Origin: Thermodesulfobacteriota bacterium
Lineage (GTDB): Bacteria; Desulfobacterota_D; UBA1144; Nemesobacterales; Nemesobacteraceae
Direction of reading: 5' to 3'
Length of the DNA: 64,000 nt
Assembly: GCA_963667625.1 (NCBI GenBank)
Contig: OY763921.1
Span: 802,241-866,240, forward strand
A program made the translations under genes and the position numbers. This document shows, one piece after another, positions 1 to 8,573 of the stretch. A model generated the notes under the pieces. It made no database searches. It saw only the letters and a list, made by a program, of their open reading frames with translations, and was not told the DNA's origin. Position 1 is the first letter of the stretch; every line of letters begins with the position of its first letter.

Positions 1-512
1 TGGTTTATGCGCTCAAAGATATCGTCTTCGTCAACATTTGGGTTTGTTTTGCAGTATTCTCGCACAAGCACAAAAGTTTTCGTCTGAGGAGCGAAGACAG
101 TGGCTATGTCGGCAATCCATTCAGGGTCTTTTTGTATTGCTGGGTTTGTTACCTCAAACTTTTCTTCTCTGGGGTGAAAAGCTATAGAGATACGAGTTCT
201 TTTATAATTTTTGTTAATCACCTGCTGCCCTAGCAGTGCTGCAAGAAGTGCCGTTACTCGTTGCTGACCGTCGATTAGGATTTTTTTGCCAGCCGATTCA
301 GAGCCATCTTTTAGGCGAATGTTCGGATTTTGCCAAGAAATTAGATACCCAACGGGATAGCCGTTATAGAGCGAATCAATAAAGTCGCGCACTTTCGCGG
401 CACTCCATACAAAGGGGCGCTGTATATCGGGAATGGCAATTTCACCTGCCTTTATCCAAGCTAAAAGAATAGCAATAGGGTGTTGATTTACCGAATAACG
501 TTGAATGGACAT
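1..512 (-). CDS. DUF262 (ParB/GmrSD-like nuclease-NTPase N-terminal domain) protein, N-terminal part only; the gene runs off the window start
   Basis: Minus-strand ORF with ATG at about 512-510, preceded by GGGAGG about 6 nt upstream. The translation [36 protein letters not shown]...[18 protein letters not shown] contains the DGQQR signature of DUF262. This ORF is not in the supplied track because it is partial. Confidence 0.65.
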   Translation of the reverse strand, partial: MSIQRYSVNQHPIAILLAWIKAGEIAIPDIQRPFVWSAAKVRDFIDSLYNGYPVGYLISWQNPNIRLKDGSESAGKKILIDGQQRVTALLAALLGQQVINKNYKRTRISIAFHPREEKFEVTNPAIQKDPEWIADIATVFAPQTKTFVLVREYCKTNPNVDEDDIFERIN

Positions 513-764
513 AAGTTCCTCCCATGTGAGTTGTATTATTTGATTTGCGAGAGTAACACGAGTTCAAATAAGTTTAGCTGAACAATTTTCTTTCGTGGAA
601 AAACTAATTGCTGAGTTCGTCACGAAGATATGGTTACTTTATCAGAAATTGGGGGTTTTCCGCAGTTGTCGCTAGAACAAGCGGTCTTTCCAAGGCCTGA
701 ACGGAAACTAACACTGCCACTAAATATTTGTGAAGTAACCTGTCTCTTTTGTGCTATAATAAAA

Positions 765-789
765 CGTGCTTTCAAGTTTGAAACGCAAC
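765..789. repeat. IS30 left terminal inverted repeat (25 bp)
   Basis: Exact reverse complement of 1820-1844. Confidence 0.85.
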
Positions 790-868
790 TTTTGATGTAA
801 ATTAAAAGGGCAAGTTGCGATAATCTTCGCAACCCTCTTTTAACGACCAAATCAAAAGGAGCGTTTGA

Positions 869-1837
869 ATGAGAAAACCAAAGCAACTTACCCTGGAACA
901 AAGATACCAGATTTACATCCTGCGCAAAGCAGGGCACAACCAGACCCAGATCGCAAGGCACCTGGGCGTGCACAAATCCACCATAAGCAGGGAACTTCAC
1001 CGCAACCGCGGCAAACGGGGTTACCGTCCCAAGCAGGCTCAGAGGCTTGCGGAGGGCAGGCGCAATTGTTGTGGAAACCGTATCCCCCAACAAACCTGGA
1101 TTCGCGTGGAGCTGCTGCTCGGAGAAGACTGGAGTCCCCAGCAGATAAGCTGCTGGCTTGCCCGAAACGAAAGACTCAGCGTAAGCCACCAGAGCATCTA
1201 CAATCACGTAAGGGAAGACAAGATTAATGGAGGAGATCTCCACACGCACCTTCGCTGCCGCAAGAAGCGCAGAAAGCGCTACGGAGCGCCCTCGCGCAGG
1301 GGACATATAAAAAACCGTGTCTGTATAGACCAGCGCCCCGAAGTGGTGGATAAGCGTGTGCGCTTAGGAGACTGGGAAGCCGACACTGTGCTTGGCTCAA
1401 GAAAAAAAGGCAAGGTGCTCGTAACCCTCGCCGAGCGCAAGTCCCGCTATTGCATGATTCTGGTCTCTGAGGACAAAAAAGCTTCCTCCGTCTCCCGGGC
1501 CATACTCGAGGCGGCGACACCCATGCGCAAGCGCTTCGAGACTGTGACGTGCGATAACGGAAAGGAGTTCGCGTTGCATGAGGAACTATCAAGCGAGCTC
1601 TCGGCGCGGTGGTACTTCGCCCATCCTTACCACTTGTGGGAGCGGGGGTCCTGTGAAAACGCAAACGGACTTATAAGGCAGTACTTCCCAAAGGGAATGG
1701 ACTTCGGGAAACTGACGCAGGAAGATGTAGACAGAGTTATGGACAAATTGAACAACAGACCGAGGCAATGCCTTGGCTTCAAAACCCCGAATCAGGTACT
1801 CTTCGGTGCTGATCCACCTGTTGCGTTTCAAACTTGA
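869..1837 (+). CDS. IS30 family transposase (DDE), 322 aa
   Basis: An N-terminal HTH (LTLEQRYQIYILRKAGHNQTQIARHLGVHKSTISRELHRN) is typical of IS30 transposases. The C-terminal DDE region (DWEADTV...DNGKEF...) lies between the inverted repeats. Confidence 0.9.
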   Translation: MRKPKQLTLEQRYQIYILRKAGHNQTQIARHLGVHKSTISRELHRNRGKRGYRPKQAQRLAEGRRNCCGNRIPQQTWIRVELLLGEDWSPQQISCWLARNERLSVSHQSIYNHVREDKINGGDLHTHLRCRKKRRKRYGAPSRRGHIKNRVCIDQRPEVVDKRVRLGDWEADTVLGSRKKGKVLVTLAERKSRYCMILVSEDKKASSVSRAILEAATPMRKRFETVTCDNGKEFALHEELSSELSARWYFAHPYHLWERGSCENANGLIRQYFPKGMDFGKLTQEDVDRVMDKLNNRPRQCLGFKTPNQVLFGADPPVAFQT

Positions 1838-1844
1838 AAGCACG
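1820..1844. repeat. IS30 right terminal inverted repeat (25 bp); it overlaps the transposase stop codon
   Basis: Exact reverse complement of 765-789. Confidence 0.85.
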
Positions 1845-1852
1845 AAATTATT

Positions 1853-2209
1853 ATGTATGTAAAAAAGGTTAAAGAAGTAGAGAGTACGATTATCGGAGCA
1901 GGACAGGGTACTTCAAGGCAGGTTCTCATCAGTCCGGAGGAAGGTCCTAATTTCGCGATGAGAAAGTTTGTTATGCAGCCTGGAGGCGATATCCCCGCTC
2001 ATACCAATGCTGTTGAGCACGAGCAATATGTGCTTGGTGGCAAGGCACGTATTGGAATCGGAGACAAAGTGTATAACGTCGAGAAGGATGACGTAGTCTT
2101 TATTCCTGCCGGGGTGCCCCACTGGTATGAAGTCGATGGTGACGAGCCTTTTGAGTTTCTATGTCTTGTACCGAATCTTGAAGACAAGATAGAACTTATT
2201 AATAAGTAA
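1853..2209 (+). CDS. Cupin-domain protein (cupin_2 type), 118 aa
   Basis: The conserved cupin motifs are present: G(X)5HxH-like PGGDIPAHTNAVEHEQYVLGG and GxxxxxPxGxxH-like DVVFIPAGVPHWY. The ATG lies only 8 bp after the IS30 right inverted repeat. Confidence 0.7.
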   Translation: MYVKKVKEVESTIIGAGQGTSRQVLISPEEGPNFAMRKFVMQPGGDIPAHTNAVEHEQYVLGGKARIGIGDKVYNVEKDDVVFIPAGVPHWYEVDGDEPFEFLCLVPNLEDKIELINK

Positions 2210-2570
2210 GCTTGAAGTTTGGGAATTATTCCCTTCCAAGGTTTTCTTGTTATCCCCGAGCGATGAATTTGAGCAAAGTAGCCGGGTTTCCTCGGCTAGG
2301 TATGCTCTGTTCAATAATGATTTTCTGACACCGTCGCCCATTCCTTAATTAGCACCAATCAAGGTATGCTACGCAGAGACCTTTTTCCGAGGTGGCTTCT
2401 ACGGCCTCTTCTCTCTATTTTCCCATGACAGCGGATTATCTTTCGATCAAAGATTGCTCGAATGGTCTAGACGGCCGCTTCACAGGTGGAGAGAGGGATT
2501 TATCAGTAGATAAGGTGGATAGGGGCAAAGTTCACTCTAATCACAACAAGAAAAAAAGGAGAAAAATGAG

Positions 2571-2762
2571 ATGACATATATAGACGGTTTCGGGAAAGCG
2601 GTTCCGACTGCAAACAAGCAGAAATTCATCGACCATACCAAATTAGCCGGCAGCCTGATTAAGGAACTCGGCGCGACCCGCATTCTTGAATGCTGGGGTG
2701 ACGACGTGCCAGACGGCAAGCGGGTGATCTATGGCGGGTTACAGACATTGAGGTGTGGATAG
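2571..2762 (+). pseudogene. Truncated DUF1428-like ORF (63 aa, versus about 115-120 aa in full-length members)
   Basis: The N-terminus MTYIDGFGKAVPTANKQKF...ILECWGDDVPDGK matches the DUF1428 N-terminal pattern (xYVDGFVxxVP...ECxGDDVPxGK), but the ORF stops prematurely. There is a strong RBS, aaaggag. Recognised from memory of the family. Confidence 0.35.
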
Positions 2763-2858
2763 ATGCCCGAGAAAAATACGGGGCGGGGTGGTTAACGAAT
2801 CGGTAAGAATCGGAGTAAATGAAGCTAATTGATACTAACTATCAGGAGGATTTACAAT

Positions 2859-3323
2859 ATGGAATTCAAACTACTTGAATGGAGTGTAACAGGACTAATT
2901 CAAGGTATACCCCTAGCATTACTTGTTGCAGCAGCTCATAAGGTTGCTCTCCATCGGAGAAAAGAAGATCAAAAAGAAGCTCTTCGTGAAATTATCTCTG
3001 AGAGCGTGAGATTGATTATGACTGTGGGAGACAATGATCCATTCGGTTCAGAAAAACTCTGGAGTCGTGCTCGAAAAAGAGTTTATGATGAAATGTATAA
3101 GAAGGTTCATTTTTTGCTGGATCATAAAATGACTGAGCTTGATTACGAGGATGAAGTTAGAATCAGAGAGGCATTTGCTTCCTTTAAAGATAATCTGGCT
3201 TTGTTTGAAATTGATTCATTTCCATCTCTTGAGATTTACTACCATGGACTCATTAAGAAGTTGAGAAGAGTTGAATGGTTGGGAATTGAGGAACCTGACA
3301 AACCACTTCCTTTTTATGACTAG
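2859..3323 (+). CDS. Hypothetical protein with an N-terminal transmembrane helix (AT-rich orphan)
   Basis: ORF with AGGAGG 9 nt upstream of ATG 2859. No recognisable domain. AT-rich codon usage unlike the core genes. Confidence 0.45.
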   Translation: MEFKLLEWSVTGLIQGIPLALLVAAAHKVALHRRKEDQKEALREIISESVRLIMTVGDNDPFGSEKLWSRARKRVYDEMYKKVHFLLDHKMTELDYEDEVRIREAFASFKDNLALFEIDSFPSLEIYYHGLIKKLRRVEWLGIEEPDKPLPFYD

Positions 3324-3823
3324 TAATAAGTAAAGGCTCTGCCAGCAGAAAGCTCTCTTTTTGACATTGCGGTTACTCTCGTTTGAATCGGTCTTAGAGT
3401 ACTGGAAAGTACCACCGTAACGCAAGAATGAAATTGAAAACATGCGGAAGTCCGCGTGTGTTTTAGGGTAGTGCTGGCTTGCGGTTTCGCATATTACATC
3501 CTTGGCATCCAGTATATGCTGCCCAACCGCTGTCGGATATGTGGAAATATGAAAAGACGAACGGTAGTGGGACGGCCCTCGGCGCGGGAAAATACAAAAC
3601 GGTTACCGGGGAAAATGCCAGAGCCGCGGGGCAGAGGTTGAAAACCGCCGGGCCCGGCACAGAGGTTCCCGTGAGTTAGGCTTTACTCGGGAGCGAGTGG
3701 TTGAGAGAGTCCACGCTGGCGGAAGCACGTTTTGGCTTTCTTTAAGAGATAACTGGTAAGAGAGAGAAAGGCTATGGTCGGGGAAGCAAACAAGGGAAAG
3801 CTTGTAACAATTTGCTACAAATG

Positions 3824-4525
3824 CTATCCCGATATCAACCATTCCCTTACGGCTTTTTGCTCTTCTGTCATCCCTGACTCCGGCACTATAGTCATTCCTA
3901 TAACGTCAAACCCCTCCTTCTTTACCTTCTCCTGATTCAGGTAAAGCAACGCCTCTGCCAAGAGATGGAACATGTCCTGATCGGGTAGCGGAATTCCCGG
4001 CTTGCTCTCAATCAATGTTCCCTTCCAGTGTACGTGGAAGTATCTATAGTCTGAATACGAAGAGTTGTACCTTTTTAGACAATCTACCAAGTCATCCTCG
4101 GAAATTTTGCCCATGTGACCCAAGTCATCCATTTTTCGAATTATATAATCACTACTTACGCCTTCCTTGCCCTCTCTCCCCTTCTGCACCTCATTGTAAA
4201 GATAATGCAGTTCGTGCAGTTTGTAAGGAGATGCTTTGATAGGAGTGGAAAAGTGAAGAAGAAAAAGAAGACGTAGAGATTGTTCCACGGACAGCAAAAT
4301 CAATTCGAAAGAAACTTGGGTGAAATACCAAGTATCAATGGTAAAAGAATTGTCGCGGGCAATCCTCCTGCACAAAAGCGATGCACGTTGATGAGCTCGT
4401 GCGGCAGCCATCATTAGCGGCACCGCATTTTCTATTCCTTCAGAAGTCAACTCTTCATTACCTTTTGTTTCTCTAGGTGTTGTCGTTTTCTTGTATCTCT
4501 CCAGTATTCGAGTTAGGTAATACAT
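3824..4525 (-). CDS. Hypothetical protein, 233 aa (AT-rich orphan, island cargo)
   Basis: Long ORF with no recognisable motif. Lies in the AT-rich island beside tRNA-Ser. Confidence 0.45.
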   Translation of the reverse strand: MYYLTRILERYKKTTTPRETKGNEELTSEGIENAVPLMMAAARAHQRASLLCRRIARDNSFTIDTWYFTQVSFELILLSVEQSLRLLFLLHFSTPIKASPYKLHELHYLYNEVQKGREGKEGVSSDYIIRKMDDLGHMGKISEDDLVDCLKRYNSSYSDYRYFHVHWKGTLIESKPGIPLPDQDMFHLLAEALLYLNQEKVKKEGFDVIGMTIVPESGMTEEQKAVREWLISG

Positions 4526-4840
4526 TGTACATGACTCCTAGAAACGAACGAACAGGGACCCTGTCAGCGTTCTGGCCGCGTGGGGGGTAAGAGCGGAGAG
4601 ACTCTGGCGGGGCGTGGAGCTTGTCCAGGCGGCTGTCAGTTGAAACCCTTGAGGCCCTGGGAAGGATTGTAGAAGCGGAACTTTCGGCCAAGCTGTTTCC
4701 CGTAAGTATCAGATGGCAGGAACTAAGGGCGTCAGACCTTCAAACGAGGGCATGTTCCGTGGATTCCCTAGTAAAGGTCGATGTGGAAAAAGGAAAAGCA
4801 ATGGAGATAGCGGGTCTTTCGGTATAAAGTTAAAATGTCT

Positions 4841-5578
4841 TTAGTCATTCTCTTTTCCGTTGCCTGGAAAGGGGGTCCCTAGGTTGCTCCCGCTTCCCGG
4901 GGCTTTTTCTTTACAGTGGCAAAACCTAAGGAATCGTCGGCAAAATCCGAAAAAGCTGTATAGAGGAACTTCTTCTTCTAACATTTCTAAAATAGATTTA
5001 ATTGATCTTGTAAGGGATTTGTGATTCTGGATTAGTTTTAGAGCAGATTCCCCAAGGTTAACATAGAGGCTAGAATGCATTCCCGCTCCTTTTAAATCCA
5101 AAAACGAACTATATTGCTTCCTGTATTCTTCATGCTTATTTACAAAAATCTGTAAAGACATATAAATACTCACTATTTCACTTCGCAGGTCTGAGTTCTT
5201 AATCTGACCGATGAGATTTGCATTTGAACGATAAACGATCGCATAATCTTTAGGCATCTGTAACGGGCCCGTAAAAAAAAGGGGAGGATCATACTGATTT
5301 GGACTACTCTTTTTAAAGTCCTTCCACTTCTCTTTTTCATACTGCGAGATAAGTTGCTTATAGACTGTATTAAGTTCTGCGCAAATCCCCTCTAAGACAC
5401 CTACAATTCTCTGGCCTCGACGTCTATTATCCGAAGCCATCTGAAATACATACGTCACAAAAGCACCCACAAAAGCACCCACAAGAGCAGCTGTAATAGT
5501 GCCCACAATAACGGCCGTAGTAGCGTCCTTAGTTATTAACTCATTGAACCATGTTATTAAGCCATCAATCAAACCCAT
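4841..5578 (-). CDS. Hypothetical membrane-anchored protein, 245 aa (N-terminal TM helix AVIVGTITAALVGAFVGAFVTYVF)
   Basis: Long AT-rich ORF with a predicted single N-terminal TM segment and a soluble C-terminal domain without recognisable motifs. Confidence 0.45.
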   Translation of the reverse strand: MGLIDGLITWFNELITKDATTAVIVGTITAALVGAFVGAFVTYVFQMASDNRRRGQRIVGVLEGICAELNTVYKQLISQYEKEKWKDFKKSSPNQYDPPLFFTGPLQMPKDYAIVYRSNANLIGQIKNSDLRSEIVSIYMSLQIFVNKHEEYRKQYSSFLDLKGAGMHSSLYVNLGESALKLIQNHKSLTRSIKSILEMLEEEVPLYSFFGFCRRFLRFCHCKEKAPGSGSNLGTPFPGNGKEND

Positions 5579-5695
5579 AAACTTTTCTCCTTATTATTTC
5601 TTATATCAAGCTGGTTCTATTGTGGGATACAAAAGGGTATTTCCTTCCTTGCTCCCCCGGAAAACCTTTTGTTTTCAGGCAGTTATAAATTTATA

Positions 5696-5787
5696 TGGCG
5701 GAGAGAGTGGGATTCGAACCCACGAGGGAGCGTAAACCCCCTACACGCTTTCCAGGCGTGCACCTTCGGCCACTCGGTCATCTCTCC
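5696..5787 (-). tRNA. tRNA-Ser (anticodon GGA), type II with long variable arm, CCA encoded
   Basis: The minus-strand sequence GGAGAGATGACCGAGTGG...CACGCCTGGAAAGCGTG...GTGGGTTCGAATCCCACTCTCTCCGCCA folds as acceptor GGAGAGA/TCTCTCC. The anticodon loop is CTGGAAA. Confidence 0.85.
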
Positions 5788-5913
5788 GTGTGTTTTTGTT
5801 CTGATGACACTACAAGCTGTCATTTTTTTGGGAGTTTTATAAACAATTTCCCGCAGTTTGTGAAAAACCCTCTCTAGTTTAACAAGAGAATCGGTGTTTG
5901 TTAAACTATCAAA

Positions 5914-6450
5914 ATGCCAAGAAAATGGAAGCTTCAAAAGAGCACTCCACTCAACGACTACAGAATTTTTTTGACGAAGAAGAAAAGCACCATCTCGCCC
6001 AAAGACGGCGCCGTCCACGATTTCTACGTAATGGACGCTCCTGACTGGGTTAACATTATCCCTGTTACGCCCTCCGGTGAAATTGTTCTTATAAAGCAGT
6101 TTCGCCACGGCACCGCAGAGGTCACGCTTGAGATTCCGGGTGGAATGATCGACCCGGGAGAAAGCCCTGCTGAGTGCGCGCGCAGAGAGCTCCTTGAGGA
6201 AACGGGGTTTACCTCCACTTGGTGGGAGCAGATAGGGTGCGTACGGCCGAACCCGGCCTTCATGTCGAACTCCTGCTATACCTTCCTGGCATCTGGGTGC
6301 GAGCGGACATCTGAACCGTCTTTTGACACTACAGAAGACATAGAAACCCTGCTTGTCGCTCCGCGGGAAATAAAACGATACATAAGGGAAGGCACCATAG
6401 ATCACTGCATAGTGATAGCGGCGTTCGGGTTTTACTTTCTCGGGGAGTGA
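5914..6450 (+). CDS. NUDIX hydrolase (ADP-ribose pyrophosphatase-like)
   Basis: The Nudix box GGMIDPGESPAECARRELLEETG is seen directly. Confidence 0.8.
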   Translation: MPRKWKLQKSTPLNDYRIFLTKKKSTISPKDGAVHDFYVMDAPDWVNIIPVTPSGEIVLIKQFRHGTAEVTLEIPGGMIDPGESPAECARRELLEETGFTSTWWEQIGCVRPNPAFMSNSCYTFLASGCERTSEPSFDTTEDIETLLVAPREIKRYIREGTIDHCIVIAAFGFYFLGE

Positions 6451-6500
6451 CTCTGTTGATTTCTCCGGGTTTAGCGAGAATAATAGTCCCCTATCTTAGA

Positions 6501-6584
6501 GGGCGGGTGGCGGAATAGGTAGACGCGACGGCCTCAAAAGCCGTTGGGCTTCGGCCCGTGAGGGTTCGATTCCCTCTCCGCCCA
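6501..6584 (+). tRNA. tRNA-Leu (anticodon CAA), type II
   Basis: GGGCGGGTGGCGGAATAGGTAGACGCGACGGCCTCAAAAGCCGT + variable stem-loop TGGGCTTCGGCCCGT + GAGGGTTCGATTCCCTCTCCGCCCA. The anticodon loop is CTCAAAA. Confidence 0.8.
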
Positions 6585-6625
6585 GAAAAAAGCGTCTGCT
6601 TCCCTTTCCCTAAAACTTCTGATCC

Positions 6626-7774
6626 TCAGTATCTGGCCATATCCGAGTCGTACTTCTCGGCCCACTCGTCTATGCCGCCCTTGAGGTTCTTAACTCTGCT
6701 GAAACCCTGCTCGACAAGGAAAGTCGCGGCTTTCATGCTTCTTCCCCCGTGGTGGCAGTGAATGACTATATTGTCCTTCGGGTCAAGTTCGTTCGTTCTG
6801 TCCTTGAGTTCGCCGAGGGGAATAAGCCTTGAACCCTCGATGTTGCATATTTCGTACTCATGGGGCTCTCTGACGTCGATCAGAATTATATTGTCCCTGT
6901 CTTCCTTAATAACGTTGAACTCCTCAACCGTTATCTCTTCGACCTTGGGTTTTTCCTCTTCAACCTCTTCGCCTCTTCCGATGCCGCAGAACTCCTGATA
7001 GTCTATGAGTTCCGTTACGGTGGCGTTCTCGCCGCAGACGGGGCAATTAGGGTCTTTCCTCAGCTTGAGGATCCTAGGCTCCATGTTGAGAATGTCAATG
7101 AAGAGAAGTCTTCCTATAAGCGGCGTTCCCTCGCCGATTATAAGCTTTACGACCTCGGATGCCTGCATGGTTCCCACAACTCCGGGCAGTATTCCCAACA
7201 CTCCTCCTTCGGCGCAGCTCGGCACTAGTCCCGGGGGAGGGGGTTCCGGATAGAGACACCTGTAGCAGGGGCCTCTTTTCGCGTCGAACACGCTTACCTG
7301 ACCCTCAAACCTGAAGATGCTCCCGTAGACGTTCGGAATTCCTAGGAAAACACAGGCGTCGTTTGTAAGATACCTCGTGGCGAAATTGTCCGTTCCGTCA
7401 ACGACCACGTCATAGTCTTTCATGATCTCCATGGCGTTGTCCGAGCTAAGCATTTCGTTATAGGTAACGATATTGGTATCGGAGTTAAGCTCTAGGAGGC
7501 GGTCCCTTGCGGATTCCACCTTGGGAGTGCCAACGGTCTTCTCGCTGTGGATAACCTGCCTTTGCAGGTTGCTGAAATCTACAACGTCGAAGTCCAGTAT
7601 TCCCAGGGTGCCTACCCCCGCGGCCGCGAGGTAGAGAGCAAGCGGAGACCCAAGCCCTCCGGCGCCGATACACAGGACCCTTGAGTTCTTGAGTTTTTTC
7701 TGTCCCTCAATGCCGACTTCGGGCATTATAAGGTGCCTGCTGTATCTAGTTATCTCCTGGTTGCTTAAGTCCAT
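6626..7774 (-). CDS. moeB: Molybdopterin/thiamin-synthase adenylyltransferase (MoeB/MoeZ/ThiF family) with C-terminal rhodanese domain
   Basis: Nucleotide-binding GIGAGGLGSP, zinc-binding CYRC...CPVC, and a C-terminal rhodanese domain with the active-site loop CHHGGRS. Confidence 0.85.
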   Translation of the reverse strand: MDLSNQEITRYSRHLIMPEVGIEGQKKLKNSRVLCIGAGGLGSPLALYLAAAGVGTLGILDFDVVDFSNLQRQVIHSEKTVGTPKVESARDRLLELNSDTNIVTYNEMLSSDNAMEIMKDYDVVVDGTDNFATRYLTNDACVFLGIPNVYGSIFRFEGQVSVFDAKRGPCYRCLYPEPPPPGLVPSCAEGGVLGILPGVVGTMQASEVVKLIIGEGTPLIGRLLFIDILNMEPRILKLRKDPNCPVCGENATVTELIDYQEFCGIGRGEEVEEEKPKVEEITVEEFNVIKEDRDNIILIDVREPHEYEICNIEGSRLIPLGELKDRTNELDPKDNIVIHCHHGGRSMKAATFLVEQGFSRVKNLKGGIDEWAEKYDSDMARY

Positions 7775-7925
7775 TTTGAATACCTTCCTTGCGATCTAAA
7801 ATATTCAGACAGTAAAGTTATTACATGATCTGCATATTTTCAAACCGCAAACGCAACTTTCCCGTCAGTTAAGAAGCGGGAATTTCCCTGGAATTGGAAT
7901 AACCGAATTCTTAGTTTCCTGGGAA

Positions 7926-8129
7926 TTAATTCTTTACTACTACGTTGGTTGCGGTGGGTCCTTTTTTACCTTGAGTGATCTCAAAGCTTACTTCGTCACC
8001 CTCATTGAGAGTTTTGTAGCCATCGCCCTCAATAGCGGAGTAATGAACAAAAACATCATCCTGCACTTCGTTGGATGTTATAAATCCATAGCCTTTGGAG
8101 CTATTAAACCATTTTACAGTTCCCTGCAT
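7926..8129 (-). CDS. cspA: Cold-shock protein (CspA family), copy 1
   Basis: [17 protein letters not shown]...VFVHYSAI carries the RNP1 (KGYGFI) and RNP2 (VFVHY) motifs. Confidence 0.9.
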   Translation of the reverse strand: MQGTVKWFNSSKGYGFITSNEVQDDVFVHYSAIEGDGYKTLNEGDEVSFEITQGKKGPTATNVVVKN

Positions 8130-8163
8130 TGTAATACCTACCTCTTAAATTAATGTTTGCGGG

Positions 8164-8192
8164 ATTATCCCACACCTATATCACTTTGTCAA
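8164..8192 (-). promoter_or_regulatory. Sigma70-type promoter for csp copy 1: TTGACA - 17 bp - GATAAT
   Basis: The minus strand reads gtTTGACAaagtgatataggtgtggGATAATccc, about 34 nt upstream of the ATG. The RBS aagaggtagg follows. Confidence 0.5.
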
Positions 8193-8287
8193 ACTGTGCT
8201 TCCTCCGTCTCCAGAAAAAATTCTGGATGCGGAGGAAAACATACAGTAGTTCTCAAAGCGTTTCGCGGTATACCTGCGTGCGTATCA

Positions 8288-8306
8288 AATCCGCGCAGAG
8301 CGGATT
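8288..8306 (-). terminator. Candidate intrinsic terminator of csp copy 2 (stem AATCCGC/GCGGATT, 5-nt loop) followed by TTTGAT
   Basis: The hairpin starts 2 nt after the copy-2 stop codon. A degenerate copy of the same hairpin lies at about 8667-8688. Confidence 0.4.
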
Positions 8307-8307
8307 C

Positions 8308-8508
8308 TTAAGCAGGCACAACGTTGGTTGCGGTGGGTCCTTTTTTACCTTGAGTGATCTCAAAGCTTACTTCGTCACCCTCATTGAGAGTTTTGTAGCC
8401 ATCGCCCTCAATAGCGGAGTAATGAACAAAAACATCATCCTGTACTTCGTTGGATGTTATAAATCCATAGCCTTTGGAGCTATTAAACCATTTTACAGTT
8501 CCCTGCAT
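8308..8508 (-). CDS. cspA: Cold-shock protein (CspA family), copy 2 (tandem duplicate)
   Basis: 66 aa, identical to copy 1 except for the last residues (NVVPA versus NVVVKN). The DNA is nearly identical over the CDS. Confidence 0.9.
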   Translation of the reverse strand: MQGTVKWFNSSKGYGFITSNEVQDDVFVHYSAIEGDGYKTLNEGDEVSFEITQGKKGPTATNVVPA

Positions 8509-8544
8509 TATAATACCTACCTCTAGAAATTTAATATCCGCAGG

Positions 8545-8573
8545 ATTATCTCGGACCTATATTGTTTTGTCAA
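8545..8573 (-). promoter_or_regulatory. Sigma70-type promoter for csp copy 2: TTGACA - 17 bp - GATAAT
   Basis: Same architecture as for copy 1. The minus strand reads TTGACAaaacaatataggtccgaGATAAT. Confidence 0.45.

Larger units (their letters stand above)
765..1844 (+). mobile_element. IS30-family insertion sequence, about 1080 bp, apparently intact
   Basis: Perfect 25-bp terminal inverted repeats cgtgctttcaagtttgaaacgcaac (765-789) and gttgcgtttcaaacttgaaagcacg (1820-1844) enclose a single transposase ORF. 'aaa' is found on both flanks (762-764 and 1845-1847), a possible 3-bp target duplication. Confidence 0.85.

Noticed and set aside
620-1306. 228-aa minus-strand ORF
   Set aside because: It lies entirely antisense to the IS30 transposase and inside the element. 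No motifs. A typical shadow ORF.
3440-3720. GC-rich non-coding stretch tested mentally against SRP RNA, RNase P RNA, tmRNA and 6S motifs
   Set aside because: None of the conserved cores was present: no GGAAAGTCCGG, no AGGTCAGGTCCGGAAGGAAGCAGC, and no tRNA-like 3' end. The 60-66-aa ORFs there are unsupported. Left unannotated.
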